Shown here: positions 1 through 9,082 of the stretch, piece after piece
Position numbering within the stretch: position 1 is the first letter of the stretch
Layout: each line of letters starts with the position of its first letter
Assembly (NCBI GenBank): GCA_027345565.1
Contig: DAHWIF010000006.1
Span: 1-26,192 of the forward strand
Origin: Candidatus Micrarchaeota archaeon
GTDB lineage: Archaea > Micrarchaeota > Micrarchaeia > Micrarchaeales > Micrarchaeaceae
Direction of reading: 5' to 3'
DNA length: 26,192 bases
Program-made: the position numbers and the translations under genes
Notes under the pieces: model-generated
The model's database searches: none
Seen by the model: the letters and a program-made list of their open reading frames with translations, nothing else
What the model was told of the DNA's origin: nothing

Positions 1-168
1 CTTGAGGGCGGCGTTGTCCTTGAAGGAGTAGTGCCTGTATGCAATCTTCTTCTCGAAGTCGCCGAAGCCGAACTCGCGCTCGTTCACGTTGCCTATCTGG
101 AAGTTCACCTTTTCGTAGTACCTCCTGAAGAGGCCCTCGGCAATCCTCCTTGAATTCTCATCTAGCAT
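1..168 (-). CDS. priS: DNA primase small subunit PriS, N-terminal part (runs off window start)
   Basis: Manual translation from ATG at 168: MLDENSRRIAEGLFRRYYEKVNFQIGNVNEREFGFGDFEKKIAYRHYSFKDNAALK. FRRYY, REFGF and RHxSF match archaeal PriS. Not in the ORF track. Confidence 0.85.
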   Translation of the reverse strand, partial: MLDENSRRIAEGLFRRYYEKVNFQIGNVNEREFGFGDFEKKIAYRHYSFKDNAALK

Positions 169-355
169 TCCATCCTATCAATTCTTCCGGCAAGGAATAA
201 AACCTATCGCTCTGCAGGCTGGCATAGACGATTAACGTAGTCTTCTTCCATTTAAACCTAACTAAACAAGAATCAATATAAGTTAAACCGTTGGTGGTGC
301 CACAGTAACGCTGTGGTGGTTGTTGCAGACATTTAGCGTAGCCGATTCCTTATAA

Positions 356-733
356 AGAGAGCAGACGGCTCACATATATGGGCATCTTGAACCTGGCGGA
401 GTAGCGATAATTGATGGCTGCAGGAAAAAGAGAGATTTTGAGATAGAAAGAGTCGACATGAAGAGTTACGAAGATGGCGACAGGCTCAAAATATCAAGAA
501 TAAAGTTTTTCAGATGCATGGAAAATGAGACTTACAACCTTGATGAGCACTACGTGGTCGCCGAGAAGAGTAAAGGCATAAAAGCATATTTCGATAGCAG
601 AAAGCTCGGTTTTTTTGACGACAAAAAGATACTCAGAATGCTGAAGGGTGTTGGTTTTAGAAAGACCGCCCTGATAAATGATGCATCGGTCGGCGTATTC
701 GAGAAGAGAAACCGCTACGTAGCTGTTAAGTAG
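356..733 (+). pseudogene. Class I SAM-dependent methyltransferase remnant (C-terminal half)
   Basis: The frame of ORF 458..733 extends upstream to HIYGHLEPGGVAIID (typical HLxPGG motif). It is bounded by TAA at 353-355 and has no glycine-rich motif I. Confidence 0.6.
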
Positions 734-739
734 CAATAC

Positions 740-1816
740 TCATTTCTGCCTGTCGATAAGGAACTCGGTCAGGTCGTTCAGCCTCTGTTTCGCCTCTGAG
801 TCCTTGAGCCTGCTCTCAATCCCGTTCCAGGCTTCTGTGACGAGGCGCTTCTCCAATGCGATGCATTCACCTAGCGCGCCGTATTTGTCAATTATCGATA
901 TGGCCTCCTTTATCAATCCCTGGTCCTGTGTGTGCATCTCAAGGATCTCGATGAGCCGTTTCCTGTCCTTTTCATCCGCTTTCCTCAGCGTATAAACTAC
1001 GAGAAGCGTTATCTTCCCCTCTGTTATGTCATCTCCAACTCCGCCTTTCGACTTCGAGACATTGCTTTCATAAACGTTAAGTATATCGTCTTGTATCTGG
1101 AAGGCAACCCCTACCGTGCCGCCAAAATTGCCTAACGCCTCAATCGTCTCGTCGTCCGCTCCGGCTATGACGCCGCCAAGCTTTGCGGCCATCCTGGCAA
1201 GCACACCGCTCTTATTGTACACCATCTGCAGGTATTTTCCCTCAGTGATCTTGTAAGGGTCTACAAGCGCAGCATGCCATGCTATGTCCGTCGCCTGACC
1301 CACGCTCACCCTTAGCATCTCCCTTATGTACACCGCAAGTGCCTTGTTCTTTGTGTCACTGGACAATTTTTTGCTATCTATCAGCGCCACCATCGGGAAA
1401 TAGTAGAGGAAGTCCGCAAGGTTTACACCAACGTCGAGGCCGTATTTGACATGTACCGCCGGTGCTCCCCTTCTGGTCAATGAATTATCCTCGATGTCGT
1501 CGTGCACCAATGTTGCATTGTGTACCACCTCCGGTATAAGGCAGAATTCAATGTAATCGTCGCATTTCTTGCCTAGCGCCTCTAATACAAGGCACATCAT
1601 GACAGGTCTCCATCTCTTGCCTCCCATTCCGAGAAGGTGCCACGCAGGTTCAAGGATGCTCTTGTTTATCGCTTCATTATCATACTCATATCCACTTCTT
1701 CCGAGGAGGCTCTCTATATACTTGTCAGATGATTCTTTCTTCAGGGCATCTGTCAAATGCCTGTTAATTTCCTCTCCTCTCCTTTTCAAGTAATCTTCGA
1801 ATTCAGTTTTGTCCAT
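740..1816 (-). CDS. idsA: Polyprenyl (geranylgeranyl) diphosphate synthase
   Basis: GGKRWRP, first Asp-rich motif VHDDIED followed by RRG, GQATD, second motif FQIQDD, DDITEGKIT. Confidence 0.93.
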   Translation of the reverse strand: MDKTEFEDYLKRRGEEINRHLTDALKKESSDKYIESLLGRSGYEYDNEAINKSILEPAWHLLGMGGKRWRPVMMCLVLEALGKKCDDYIEFCLIPEVVHNATLVHDDIEDNSLTRRGAPAVHVKYGLDVGVNLADFLYYFPMVALIDSKKLSSDTKNKALAVYIREMLRVSVGQATDIAWHAALVDPYKITEGKYLQMVYNKSGVLARMAAKLGGVIAGADDETIEALGNFGGTVGVAFQIQDDILNVYESNVSKSKGGVGDDITEGKITLLVVYTLRKADEKDRKRLIEILEMHTQDQGLIKEAISIIDKYGALGECIALEKRLVTEAWNGIESRLKDSEAKQRLNDLTEFLIDRQK

Positions 1817-2074
1817 AAAATCGCTTTAAAGTTTTAAACACAACTAGCTGCACATACGTCCTTTTAAATAAAAAGTGCTTAACGTTGATAAACGTAATGT
1901 GGTTCGTATAAATTGTACAAAGAGGCATGTAGCTAAGCAAGAAAACAAAAGTAATTGTACTTGTTAGAAAGAGTTTATGTACCTTGACCAGAGAAAGCCA
2001 ACTTCTTCAGCATGAGCAGGAACTCGATCAGCAAATACAAATAAACATAAAAAGGATGTTTCCGAAAGGCTCTT

Positions 2075-2440
2075 ATGTCAGACAAGGATGAGATAAAGCA
2101 GGTCATAATAGTCAGGGCTGACCTCGACATGGGAAAAGGGAAGCTCGGTGCACAAATCGCGCACGCATCCATACTCAGCTTCCTTGAGGCGCAGAAGACC
2201 GATAAGGAGGTTTCAAACGGATGGCTCAATTCCGGCCAGAAGAAGATAGTGCTGAAGGTCGACGACGAGGAGGCGCTGAGGAAGCTTTTCGCTGCATTCA
2301 AGTACAAGAAGGTGCCGTGCGCGCTTGTGGAGGATGCCGGCCTGACGCAGCTGCCCCCTGGCACCACCACAACTCTCGGCATAGGGCCATGGAGGAGCGA
2401 GGAGATAGACCAGTTCACAGGGAAGCTGAAGCTGCTCTAG
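2075..2440 (+). CDS. pth2: Peptidyl-tRNA hydrolase Pth2
   Basis: KQVIIVRADLDMGKGKLGAQIAHA, GQKKIVLKV, DAGLTQLPPGT, C-terminal LKLL. Confidence 0.97.
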   Translation: MSDKDEIKQVIIVRADLDMGKGKLGAQIAHASILSFLEAQKTDKEVSNGWLNSGQKKIVLKVDDEEALRKLFAAFKYKKVPCALVEDAGLTQLPPGTTTTLGIGPWRSEEIDQFTGKLKLL

Positions 2441-2499
2441 CCCAGAGGAGCCCTGTTTTGTACTCTCTCATCTCGTCAAGCACTATGCAAAGCTGGGCC

Positions 2500-2712
2500 T
2501 CAGTTGCGACCTCGCCCCGTAGACCTGAGTAGATTTACATGCTCACTTTTTGAATATGGCGCTGGTATACCCGTTTTTTCCATCGATGCCGGCAGCCGGT
2601 AACCGCGATGTAAACCAAGTCCACTCGCATGCAAATCATTCAAGATCTCTCGCCGCTCAAGCGCGAGCCAATCTTCCCTCTCTTTTCTTTCCATATCTCT
2701 TCTTTTTGTCAT
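2500..2712 (-). CDS. Small hypothetical protein or gene remnant
   Basis: 70-aa ORF with ATG about 25 nt downstream of a TTTAAAA box (2735-2741). No recognisable motif. Confidence 0.3.
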   Translation of the reverse strand: MTKRRDMERKEREDWLALERREILNDLHASGLGLHRGYRLPASMEKTGIPAPYSKSEHVNLLRSTGRGRN

Positions 2713-2807
2713 AATTCGGCTTTGGATAACCCGCTTTTAAAGACGATCCTGCATACGACGTTAAACGTATGGTACTCCCGCAGCGCAAGACAAAAGATAA
2801 TCATGTT

Positions 2808-3749
2808 TTATACGTAGGTCAGCCAGTCCACGAACTCCTTGTTCTGCCCGGTGACCACCTCTGTATACTTCTGGGAGACCAGCCTGGTTATCGGGCCTGG
2901 CTTCCCGTTGCCTACCGTTATGCCGTCTATGTTGATTACAGGGGTGACTTCCGCCGCTGTGCCGCAGAAGAAGACCTCGTCAGCGGAGTAGAGCTCCTCC
3001 TTGTGCACCTCGCGCTCCTCGACTATCAGGCCTGTGCTCTCAGCTATTTTTATTACAGAATCGCGCGTCACGCCCATAAGTATGTCTGCGCTCGCGCTCG
3101 GCGTTATCAGGTGCCCGTACTTGACCAGGAATATGTTCTCTGCTGCTCCCTCGGCGACATAGCCGTCAAGCGACAGCAGTATCGTCTCGTCGAAGCCAGA
3201 TGCCTTCGCCTCGTTGTTGGCTATTATGGAGTTGATGTAGTTGCCGGATGCTTTCGCCTCCACTGGCAGTATGCTCGAGTTTATCCTTCTCCATGAAGAT
3301 ATCTTGCAGCGTATCCCCCTCTCTTTGCCGGCGCCGTAGTATGCACCGAACGGCAAGGCGGCGATGTACACGCTCGTAGGGGCGTTCCACGCGCCGACGC
3401 CTATGCTGTCGGTGCTGTAGAAGGCAAAGGGCCTTATGTAGCAGGATGTTAGCCGGTTCGCACGCACGACCTGCACCGATGCTTTCATTAGCTCCTTTGC
3501 CGTGTAGCCGATGTGCATCGAGTAGATCTTCGCAGTCCTCTGGAACCTGCTTATGTGGTCCTGCAGCCTGAATATCGCGGTGCCGCCCCTGGCCTCGTAC
3601 GCGCGCATCCCCTCGAATATCCCACTGCCGTACTGCAGCGAATGGGTGAGTATCGGCACCTTAGCGTCGCTGTACTTTACGATACGGCCGTTCAGCCATA
3701 CCTTCAAGTTCCTCCTGTTTCCTGCACTGCCGCTAACTCTCGCAGCCAA
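2808..3749 (-). CDS. ilvE: Branched-chain amino acid aminotransferase (class IV PLP)
   Basis: HSLQYGSGIFEGMRAY, YIRP, AKASGNY, EGAAENIF, GVTRDS, EVFFCGTAAEVTP. Confidence 0.96.
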   Translation of the reverse strand: MAARVSGSAGNRRNLKVWLNGRIVKYSDAKVPILTHSLQYGSGIFEGMRAYEARGGTAIFRLQDHISRFQRTAKIYSMHIGYTAKELMKASVQVVRANRLTSCYIRPFAFYSTDSIGVGAWNAPTSVYIAALPFGAYYGAGKERGIRCKISSWRRINSSILPVEAKASGNYINSIIANNEAKASGFDETILLSLDGYVAEGAAENIFLVKYGHLITPSASADILMGVTRDSVIKIAESTGLIVEEREVHKEELYSADEVFFCGTAAEVTPVINIDGITVGNGKPGPITRLVSQKYTEVVTGQNKEFVDWLTYV

Positions 3750-3809
3750 TCCATCGCCAAGATAACTTCCTAAGCAAGATTAATTAATCCTTCATTGCAA
3801 GCTTCTATC

Positions 3810-4121
3810 ATGGCTCTGACCAGGGACCGCGCGCTCTCCGTCCTTAAGCGCAAGGGCATGACCGACTTCCAGATAAAGGTCCTTTTGGCAACGATGAGGA
3901 TACCCAAAGGCGAGGTCGTCACGTACAAGGAGCTTGCGAGAATGATAGGCCGTCCAAAAGCGTACAGGGCTGTCGGTACGGCCCTGAAGAACAACCCTCT
4001 TGCGCCGCAGATACCATGCCACAGGGTTATAAGGAGCGACGGATCAGTCGGCAATTACTCTGCGCCAGGCGGAGCAAGAAAGAAGAGAAGCATGCTAATC
4101 TCAGAAGGCGCTATAAAATAA
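3810..4121 (+). CDS. ogt: Methylated-DNA-protein-cysteine methyltransferase (minimal MGMT)
   Basis: IPKGEVVTYKELA, RAVGTAL, active-site PCHRV. ATG at 3810 preferred over TTG at 3795. Confidence 0.92.
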   Translation: MALTRDRALSVLKRKGMTDFQIKVLLATMRIPKGEVVTYKELARMIGRPKAYRAVGTALKNNPLAPQIPCHRVIRSDGSVGNYSAPGGARKKRSMLISEGAIK

Positions 4122-4142
4122 GGGGCCGGGATCCCCGGCCCC
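4122..4142. terminator. Perfect 9-bp GC hairpin between convergent genes
   Basis: GGGGCCGGG-ATC-CCCGGCCCC directly after the ogt stop and 7 nt from the stop of the opposing gene. Confidence 0.6.
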
Positions 4143-4149
4143 GCTGCAA

Positions 4150-4515
4150 CTACCCCTGGTAGTAACCCCTCCTCTGCATCCCCACGGCCTCACTCACCTC
4201 CCTTACGGTGAAGTATCTGAGTATGTCCATCTTGCTGCGCTCGACTACGCCAAGGCAATTCCTCCCCTGCTGGGTCAGGGCCAGGCTTTTGCCCGGCTCG
4301 TCCTTTGTCGCGAAGTCGATGAGATTCCTCTCCTTCAGCCTCTTGAGCGTGTACCATACCGAGCTCTTCGATATGCTGTACGACTCCTCCATGTATTCCA
4401 CGAAGCTGGATGCGCTGCTTATGCTGTCCGACCCTATCTCAAGCATGACGAGCTGCTCTCGCCTGCTAAGCATAATGTCAAAGTCTAACCTAATAGTAGC
4501 TTCCATTTGGACCAT
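4150..4515 (-). CDS. Winged helix-turn-helix (MarR-like) protein
   Basis: ISKSSVWYTLKRLKERNLI ... LALTQQG wHTH signature. Confidence 0.75.
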   Translation of the reverse strand: MVQMEATIRLDFDIMLSRREQLVMLEIGSDSISSASSFVEYMEESYSISKSSVWYTLKRLKERNLIDFATKDEPGKSLALTQQGRNCLGVVERSKMDILRYFTVREVSEAVGMQRRGYYQG

Positions 4516-4546
4516 AAAAACACCGGTTTTATTTTTCTGATGTTTT

Positions 4547-4669
4547 ACGCGTCCAGATGGAACATCGGTGTATTACTGCAGGTCCACTTCTGTGAGCTTG
4601 CGCTGCCTATAACATAGGAAAAGTACATCCGCAGCGCTTGTCCCTGCATCTACACCACATTCCTTGCGT
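4547..4669 (-). ncRNA. Candidate structured 5' leader / cis-regulatory RNA of the wHTH gene
   Basis: Nested stems GGAAUGU/AUGUUCC, GGUGUA/UACACC, UGCAGG/CCUGCA, GCGCUGC/GCAGCGC. G-U pairs form only on the minus strand. TTTAAATA box at 4693-4700. Confidence 0.55.
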
Positions 4670-4750
4670 TGATTATCTTGGGTGGTGCTACATATTTAAA
4701 TGTTCTGTGCAACTTCAGGCAGCCGGCTGCAAATTTCCCAATCAGGCCCC

Positions 4751-4919
4751 TCAGTACGGGGCTTTCGCATGGAGCCCAGGTATCCTCTCAAAATCCTTGA
4801 GATTTGATGTGAGCAGCACAGAATCCGACAGCATCGATGTTGCGGCGATTATTGCATCTGCGATTCTCGTGCCATGCTCTCTCCTTCAGTACCGTTGTGT
4901 CGAATACGAACGTCGCCAT
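4751..4919 (-). pseudogene. vapC: VapC PIN toxin with large internal deletion and frameshift
   Basis: Starts MATFVFDTTVL (ATG overlaps the antitoxin TAA). Another frame gives HGTRIADAIIAATSMLSDSVLLTSNLKDFERIPGLHAKAPY*. Only 169 nt in total. Confidence 0.85.
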
Positions 4920-5167
4920 TACAGCCCCAGCTTTTTCTCTCTTTCCTCTGCCTCATCCCTTAACTTTCTGACGTACTCAGCTCCGGTCTCCTTGATATTC
5001 CATATCCCAAATGTCTCCTCGGCTATGCTCTCGCCATGCCTACCAGACGCTCTCAATTTCTCATTTATTATCATCGAAAGCCTCTTCGTCGTGCCGTACC
5101 TCCTCACAGCCTCCTCCACTAGCGCCCTGTATACCTCAGTATCTAAATTTATAGTTGTTTTCACCAT
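4919..5167 (-). CDS. VapB-type antitoxin (ribbon-helix-helix-like)
   Basis: KTTINLDxEVY...LSxIINExLR N-terminus, FGIW...YVRKLR C-terminus, coupled to the vapC remnant by TAATG. Confidence 0.8.
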   Translation of the reverse strand: MVKTTINLDTEVYRALVEEAVRRYGTTKRLSMIINEKLRASGRHGESIAEETFGIWNIKETGAEYVRKLRDEAEEREKKLGL

Positions 5168-5232
5168 ACTGTTTCACCATATAGATATTTATCTGGCAAA
5201 ATATAAACAGCTTCCTATAAGCGTATTCTGCC

Positions 5233-6258
5233 TCACATGCAGCCTACATCCTTAAAGGAGTGCAGCTGCCTACCTATCTCGTCCTCCGCATTGAATATCT
5301 CTATCTTGACCCTGTTCCTCTCGGCGAGGGATAGCAGTTCCCTTACCGATGGATCGCCCAGCACAGAGTCGTTGACAAGTACCGTCTTTGCCTCGTAATT
5401 CTCTACGGCTTCCTTGACGGCAGCTGTGCCCGACTTCGACCTGCCTGGTGCAAGCCCCTCCAGGAACTCGGCCATCAGCTTGAACTCCTGGCGCACCCGC
5501 TCGCCCTCCAGCAGGCTCTCCACTTCATCGCTCCTTATCAGCTCGTAGACTCCGGACCTCTCCACATTGCTTGTCTTGAAGAACATGATCCGCTTTTGCA
5601 TCTTCTTAAGCAGCCCTTTCTCCTCCGCGTATTTCTTCAGGTCGTCCTTCGTAAAGCCCGGCCCGGCTATCACTATTATGTCGGAGCTCATGTTTCCTGC
5701 TATTTCGAGTATCTCCTTGAAGTACTTCGCCTGCTGCTCTGCGAACTCCTTCTGGCTCATCCTCTTGCTCAGCCGGCTGTACACCTCGTCCTTGAATGAG
5801 AGTCCATAGCCGTAGAGGTAAGCCGGTATCGCCTTCTCCTCGTCTATGGTTATTATGCCGAGCCGCGGCTTCCTCGAGTCCCTCACCGCGTTCTTGACAA
5901 CCTGGATCAGGTAATCCGGCCATTCCGCCTTGGTTATCTCAAGCGTGTCTCCTGGCGCGATGTTCAGCGTGTGGTAGCTGTTCAGCCTCACATACTCTAA
6001 AGGCCTGCCTTCGACTATCTTGCCCATGAAGCGCAGCCTCACCGCGTTCTTGTCAAGCTCGCTCTTCTCGACCCTCAGGCGTATTACAACGGTTTTCATC
6101 TCCCCCTAATCGCCCTCGTGGCCCTTGAACTTCCTCAGGCTCTCGGACTTGACGAGGTCGCCCTCGAACACCACGCGCTCTATCGCCCAGAGGTCCTCGA
6201 TGCTGTCCGCACGCAGCTTCAGCGACCCGCTGGACTCATAGAACTTTATTATCTTCAT
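5233..6258 (-). CDS. pelA: Pelota (Dom34) ribosome rescue factor, 341 codons with in-frame TAG at codon 51 (6106-6108)
   Basis: MKIIKF..LKLRADSIEDLWAIERVVFEGDLV...RKFKGHEGD-TAG-GEMKTVVIRL...RLRFMGKI..G, SYHTLNI, IAGPGFTKDD, IGRQLHSF. The two track ORFs share one frame. Confidence 0.92.
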
Positions 6259-6312
6259 TGCATCCGCATAAAGGAGACACACAAGGTATTTAATTAGTTT
6301 GAGGGAGGGCTC

Positions 6313-6372
6313 TTCAAGCTGATGATAACCTTCAAGATACTCAAGAGGAACCAGAAGCGCGTCGGCTGGAGC
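6313..6372 (+). repeat. 60-bp direct repeat, copy 1
   Basis: TTCAAGCTGATGATAACCTTCAAGATACTCAAGAGGAACCAGAAGCGCGTCGGCTGGAGC; 53/60 identical to 7830-7889. Confidence 0.9.
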
Positions 6373-6442
6373 GTCAGGCAATGCCAGCAGTTTATCTGCA
6401 GATGGAGGGAGGCCTGGAGTCCACCCACAAATCCCCCATATC

Positions 6443-7072
6443 CTAATAGGGATTTTCAAGTTCGCCCCTAATCGCCATAGGTCTGTACTCTTTTACAAAG
6501 CTCAAAACTTTGTTTCTAACCTTTTTTGGGTAGGCATCGAGATATTCATGTAGCCTTTGCAGGTCTATGCTCTTCAGCAAATCGCTATAGTCACTAGCAG
6601 ACACCCTCACATTATAATAAAACATGTCTATTAGTGTCTTTTCACGGACAGATACCGGCACTGCTATCCCTCCATAATCTATCGTCCTGAAGCCGAAGTA
6701 ATATTTCCTTGGAAGATGGTGCAAAATTATGTGTACATCACCAAAGACCGTCGTATTTGTCCTCCTGACATTTCTAGTCGTCATTACCTCCATCTTAACC
6801 TGGTCGTCTATCAGTTCCATTATCATTAACGCCGAGAGGCAACCATAATAGAATGGTGTGTATGCAAAGCCGGCTACCGCTGCGTTTCCTGATAAGCTGA
6901 ATACGCCCTTTGTCACATGGAAGAGCCTTTTGCTCTTTACCATCCTTGAAAGGGTGACCTGCACAGCTGTCCTTGAGACCCTGTGCTTCTTGTTCAAGAA
7001 AAGAAATGCGTCATCAATCGTGAAAGTCGGCCACCTCTTGAACCTGAGAAGCAAGTCATTTGGCATTGTCAT
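6443..7072 (-). CDS. AbiEi-family type IV antitoxin / transcriptional regulator
   Basis: N-terminal wHTH (TFTIDDA...LSRMVKSKRLFHVTKGVF), PFYYGxLSAL, YYFGF, VSVREKTLID. Confidence 0.85.
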   Translation of the reverse strand: MTMPNDLLLRFKRWPTFTIDDAFLFLNKKHRVSRTAVQVTLSRMVKSKRLFHVTKGVFSLSGNAAVAGFAYTPFYYGCLSALMIMELIDDQVKMEVMTTRNVRRTNTTVFGDVHIILHHLPRKYYFGFRTIDYGGIAVPVSVREKTLIDMFYYNVRVSASDYSDLLKSIDLQRLHEYLDAYPKKVRNKVLSFVKEYRPMAIRGELENPY

Positions 7073-7733
7073 TCAACCAAGCTCTTAATGTTTTTACAAT
7101 GTAATCGAATCCCGGTGCAGCGCCTCCCAGCAATAAATTTACTAGCCCTTTTTCATTGCCTGGAGGTTTCTTTTCTATAACATCAAGAAGTTTGGAAAGG
7201 GCGCTCAACGTTTTCTCCTCCGGATCTAGAATCCTGTCCTTGAGCACCAACATGTCATATATGTCTTGGATTTCCGCTGTGCCCCGCTTGAATTTGTCCG
7301 CGTATGTGGCTATTTTTTCGTTTAGTATAAGTTCCGGGGACAGCGCGTAGATTATTCTCTTGGAGCCATCAACCCTTGCGTATTCGGCCGCCTCGCCCTT
7401 CGCATGCGCGAAGGTTATGTCAAGTTTTCCAGTTGTGTCGTAGCCTCTTACTATCATGTGCAGAGTCAATGTACTGTTGTTGTATTTCTCTTCTGTTATT
7501 TGGTAGCTGTCATCTACTAGGGTCTTGTGCATCTTTTTCTGCAACACGGATTCAGAATGCGGATCCAGGTTCGCGTAAAAATCCACATCACGCGAGAACC
7601 TGTTCCCGCCGTAGCACCTCCATACTGCCGTGCCGCCATGCATTACAAACGCACCGAATTCCTTATAGACAAGGTCGACGAGCGCGTCCTCCATCACGGC
7701 TCTCTTGTACTGGGCGTCGTTCCTGAAGTCCAT
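7056..7733 (-). CDS. AbiEii-family nucleotidyltransferase toxin
   Basis: HGGTAVWRCYGGNRFSRDVDF, EKI, QDIYD motifs. Confidence 0.9.
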   Translation of the reverse strand: MDFRNDAQYKRAVMEDALVDLVYKEFGAFVMHGGTAVWRCYGGNRFSRDVDFYANLDPHSESVLQKKMHKTLVDDSYQITEEKYNNSTLTLHMIVRGYDTTGKLDITFAHAKGEAAEYARVDGSKRIIYALSPELILNEKIATYADKFKRGTAEIQDIYDMLVLKDRILDPEEKTLSALSKLLDVIEKKPPGNEKGLVNLLLGGAAPGFDYIVKTLRAWLNDNAK

Positions 7734-7829
7734 GGGATTACCAACTACATATTAATAACAATATTGTTATTAATCTACATTTATATACCTTTCGGCAATG
7801 CGCTGCCGCGCACAAGCCAGCGCCTCCTT

Positions 7830-7889
7830 TTCAAGCTGATAATAACCTTCAAGATCCTGGAGAGGAACCAGAAGCGCGCCAGCTGCAGC
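7830..7889 (+). repeat. 60-bp direct repeat, copy 2
   Basis: TTCAAGCTGATAATAACCTTCAAGATCCTGGAGAGGAACCAGAAGCGCGCCAGCTGCAGC. Confidence 0.9.
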
Positions 7890-8160
7890 TCAAGATAACG
7901 TGCCTATTGATTCGCTCTTTTAACTCCGAAGTTGCGTTAGGGTGAAATTTCATCGCCATTAGCACCAAGTGCGAATAATAGCTGTCAATATCCTTCCCGA
8001 GTACCTCAAGCGCGCTTGCAGGCAGACCCTTACGCCTCACCAAAGCCCTCAACAGCGCTAGGTTCGCATTCATTGTGGCTTCTCCCAAACAATAAAGTTT
8101 GAGACAAGGTCGTTCGTTATTTCCAGCAACCTCTCGGGAGGCGTGCCAGGATACCTAACC
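7849..8160 (-). pseudogene. Frameshifted fragment of an LRV/HEAT-like repeat protein
   Basis: Repeat-like units RYPGTPPERLLEITND (one frame), then RRKGLPASALEVLGKD and FHPNATSELKERI (another frame), resembling HPNTPxExLxxLAxD. Confidence 0.45.
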
Positions 8161-8164
8161 TGTC

Positions 8165-9082
8165 TTATCTTTTTCCTTCGGTCCTCAACGTTATGCGGTC
8201 TGATACGGAGTGCCAGAGCTTTTCGATAGGTTCTGTTGCCCTTCTCAATAGCCTCTGCTTATCCTGCTGTTTTTCATATAATTCCTTTGCAACAGCCAGT
8301 CTACGGATATCCTCCTCCGCCCTTCTTGTTTCATAGCTTAAACCAACCATCTCTGCCACGCGAATAACCTGCTCAAGATCATCCTTTGCGCTTTCGAAAT
8401 AGCAATTTCCTACATGTGATTGTGCCCTCTCTCTGAACCTTGCTATGAAATCCTCAGCTATGGGCACGGCCTCGGATTCTAGGCCGCCGTCAACTAGCAC
8501 CTTGACTGCATAATCTATGTACATGAGCACCATATTACCATATCTCTGAAGGTCGGGGCTATAGGCTTTACTCATCTCCTCCTCGGTGGCCTCCTTCAAG
8601 AAAATCTCCGCTGATCTCTTGGTCAAAGGCATCGCCTCACTTTTCATACCTGCATCTATGAAGCATTGCGCTGCGTGCCACAATGTAAATGCATCCGAGG
8701 CGCTTAGGTGGCCCGCGTCTCCTTTAGGCACTTTATCTCGATACATGGCAGCTGCCTTCAGCTTGGCCGCCTTGGCCTCCTCGGGCTTGCCTGCAACTCT
8801 TAATACATCCCCAAGGTCACTGTACCTCCCAGCTGCAAGCGAATAAGCAGAGTCAGCAGAGTCCTCCTCAATCTTTGCGTTAATTACTGGTATTGCCTCC
8901 AAAGAGATCTTTGCAGCTTCCTCCCTAAGTCCAGCCTTATCAAGGGCCCTAACCAGGCCGACATATGTGCTGGCAAGCATGCCTAGGTTTTTTGAACCTG
9001 CATAGTATGCCAATGAGCTCTTATAACTCGCTATCGTACGCTCTAGGTCTCCGTCTATTGTTCTTTTTTGTTCCGCCATCAT
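8165..9082 (-). CDS. Hypothetical alpha-helical (TPR/SNAP-like) protein
   Basis: 305-aa Ala-rich ORF with recurring AAxxY/F...G...EA units. Confidence 0.7.
   Translation of the reverse strand: MMAEQKRTIDGDLERTIASYKSSLAYYAGSKNLGMLASTYVGLVRALDKAGLREEAAKISLEAIPVINAKIEEDSADSAYSLAAGRYSDLGDVLRVAGKPEEAKAAKLKAAAMYRDKVPKGDAGHLSASDAFTLWHAAQCFIDAGMKSEAMPLTKRSAEIFLKEATEEEMSKAYSPDLQRYGNMVLMYIDYAVKVLVDGGLESEAVPIAEDFIARFRERAQSHVGNCYFESAKDDLEQVIRVAEMVGLSYETRRAEEDIRRLAVAKELYEKQQDKQRLLRRATEPIEKLWHSVSDRITLRTEGKR

Noticed and set aside
6259-6459. N-terminal 67 aa of track ORF 6106..6459
   Set aside because: Spurious extension across the repeat and promoter. Pelota similarity begins at MKIIKF (6258).
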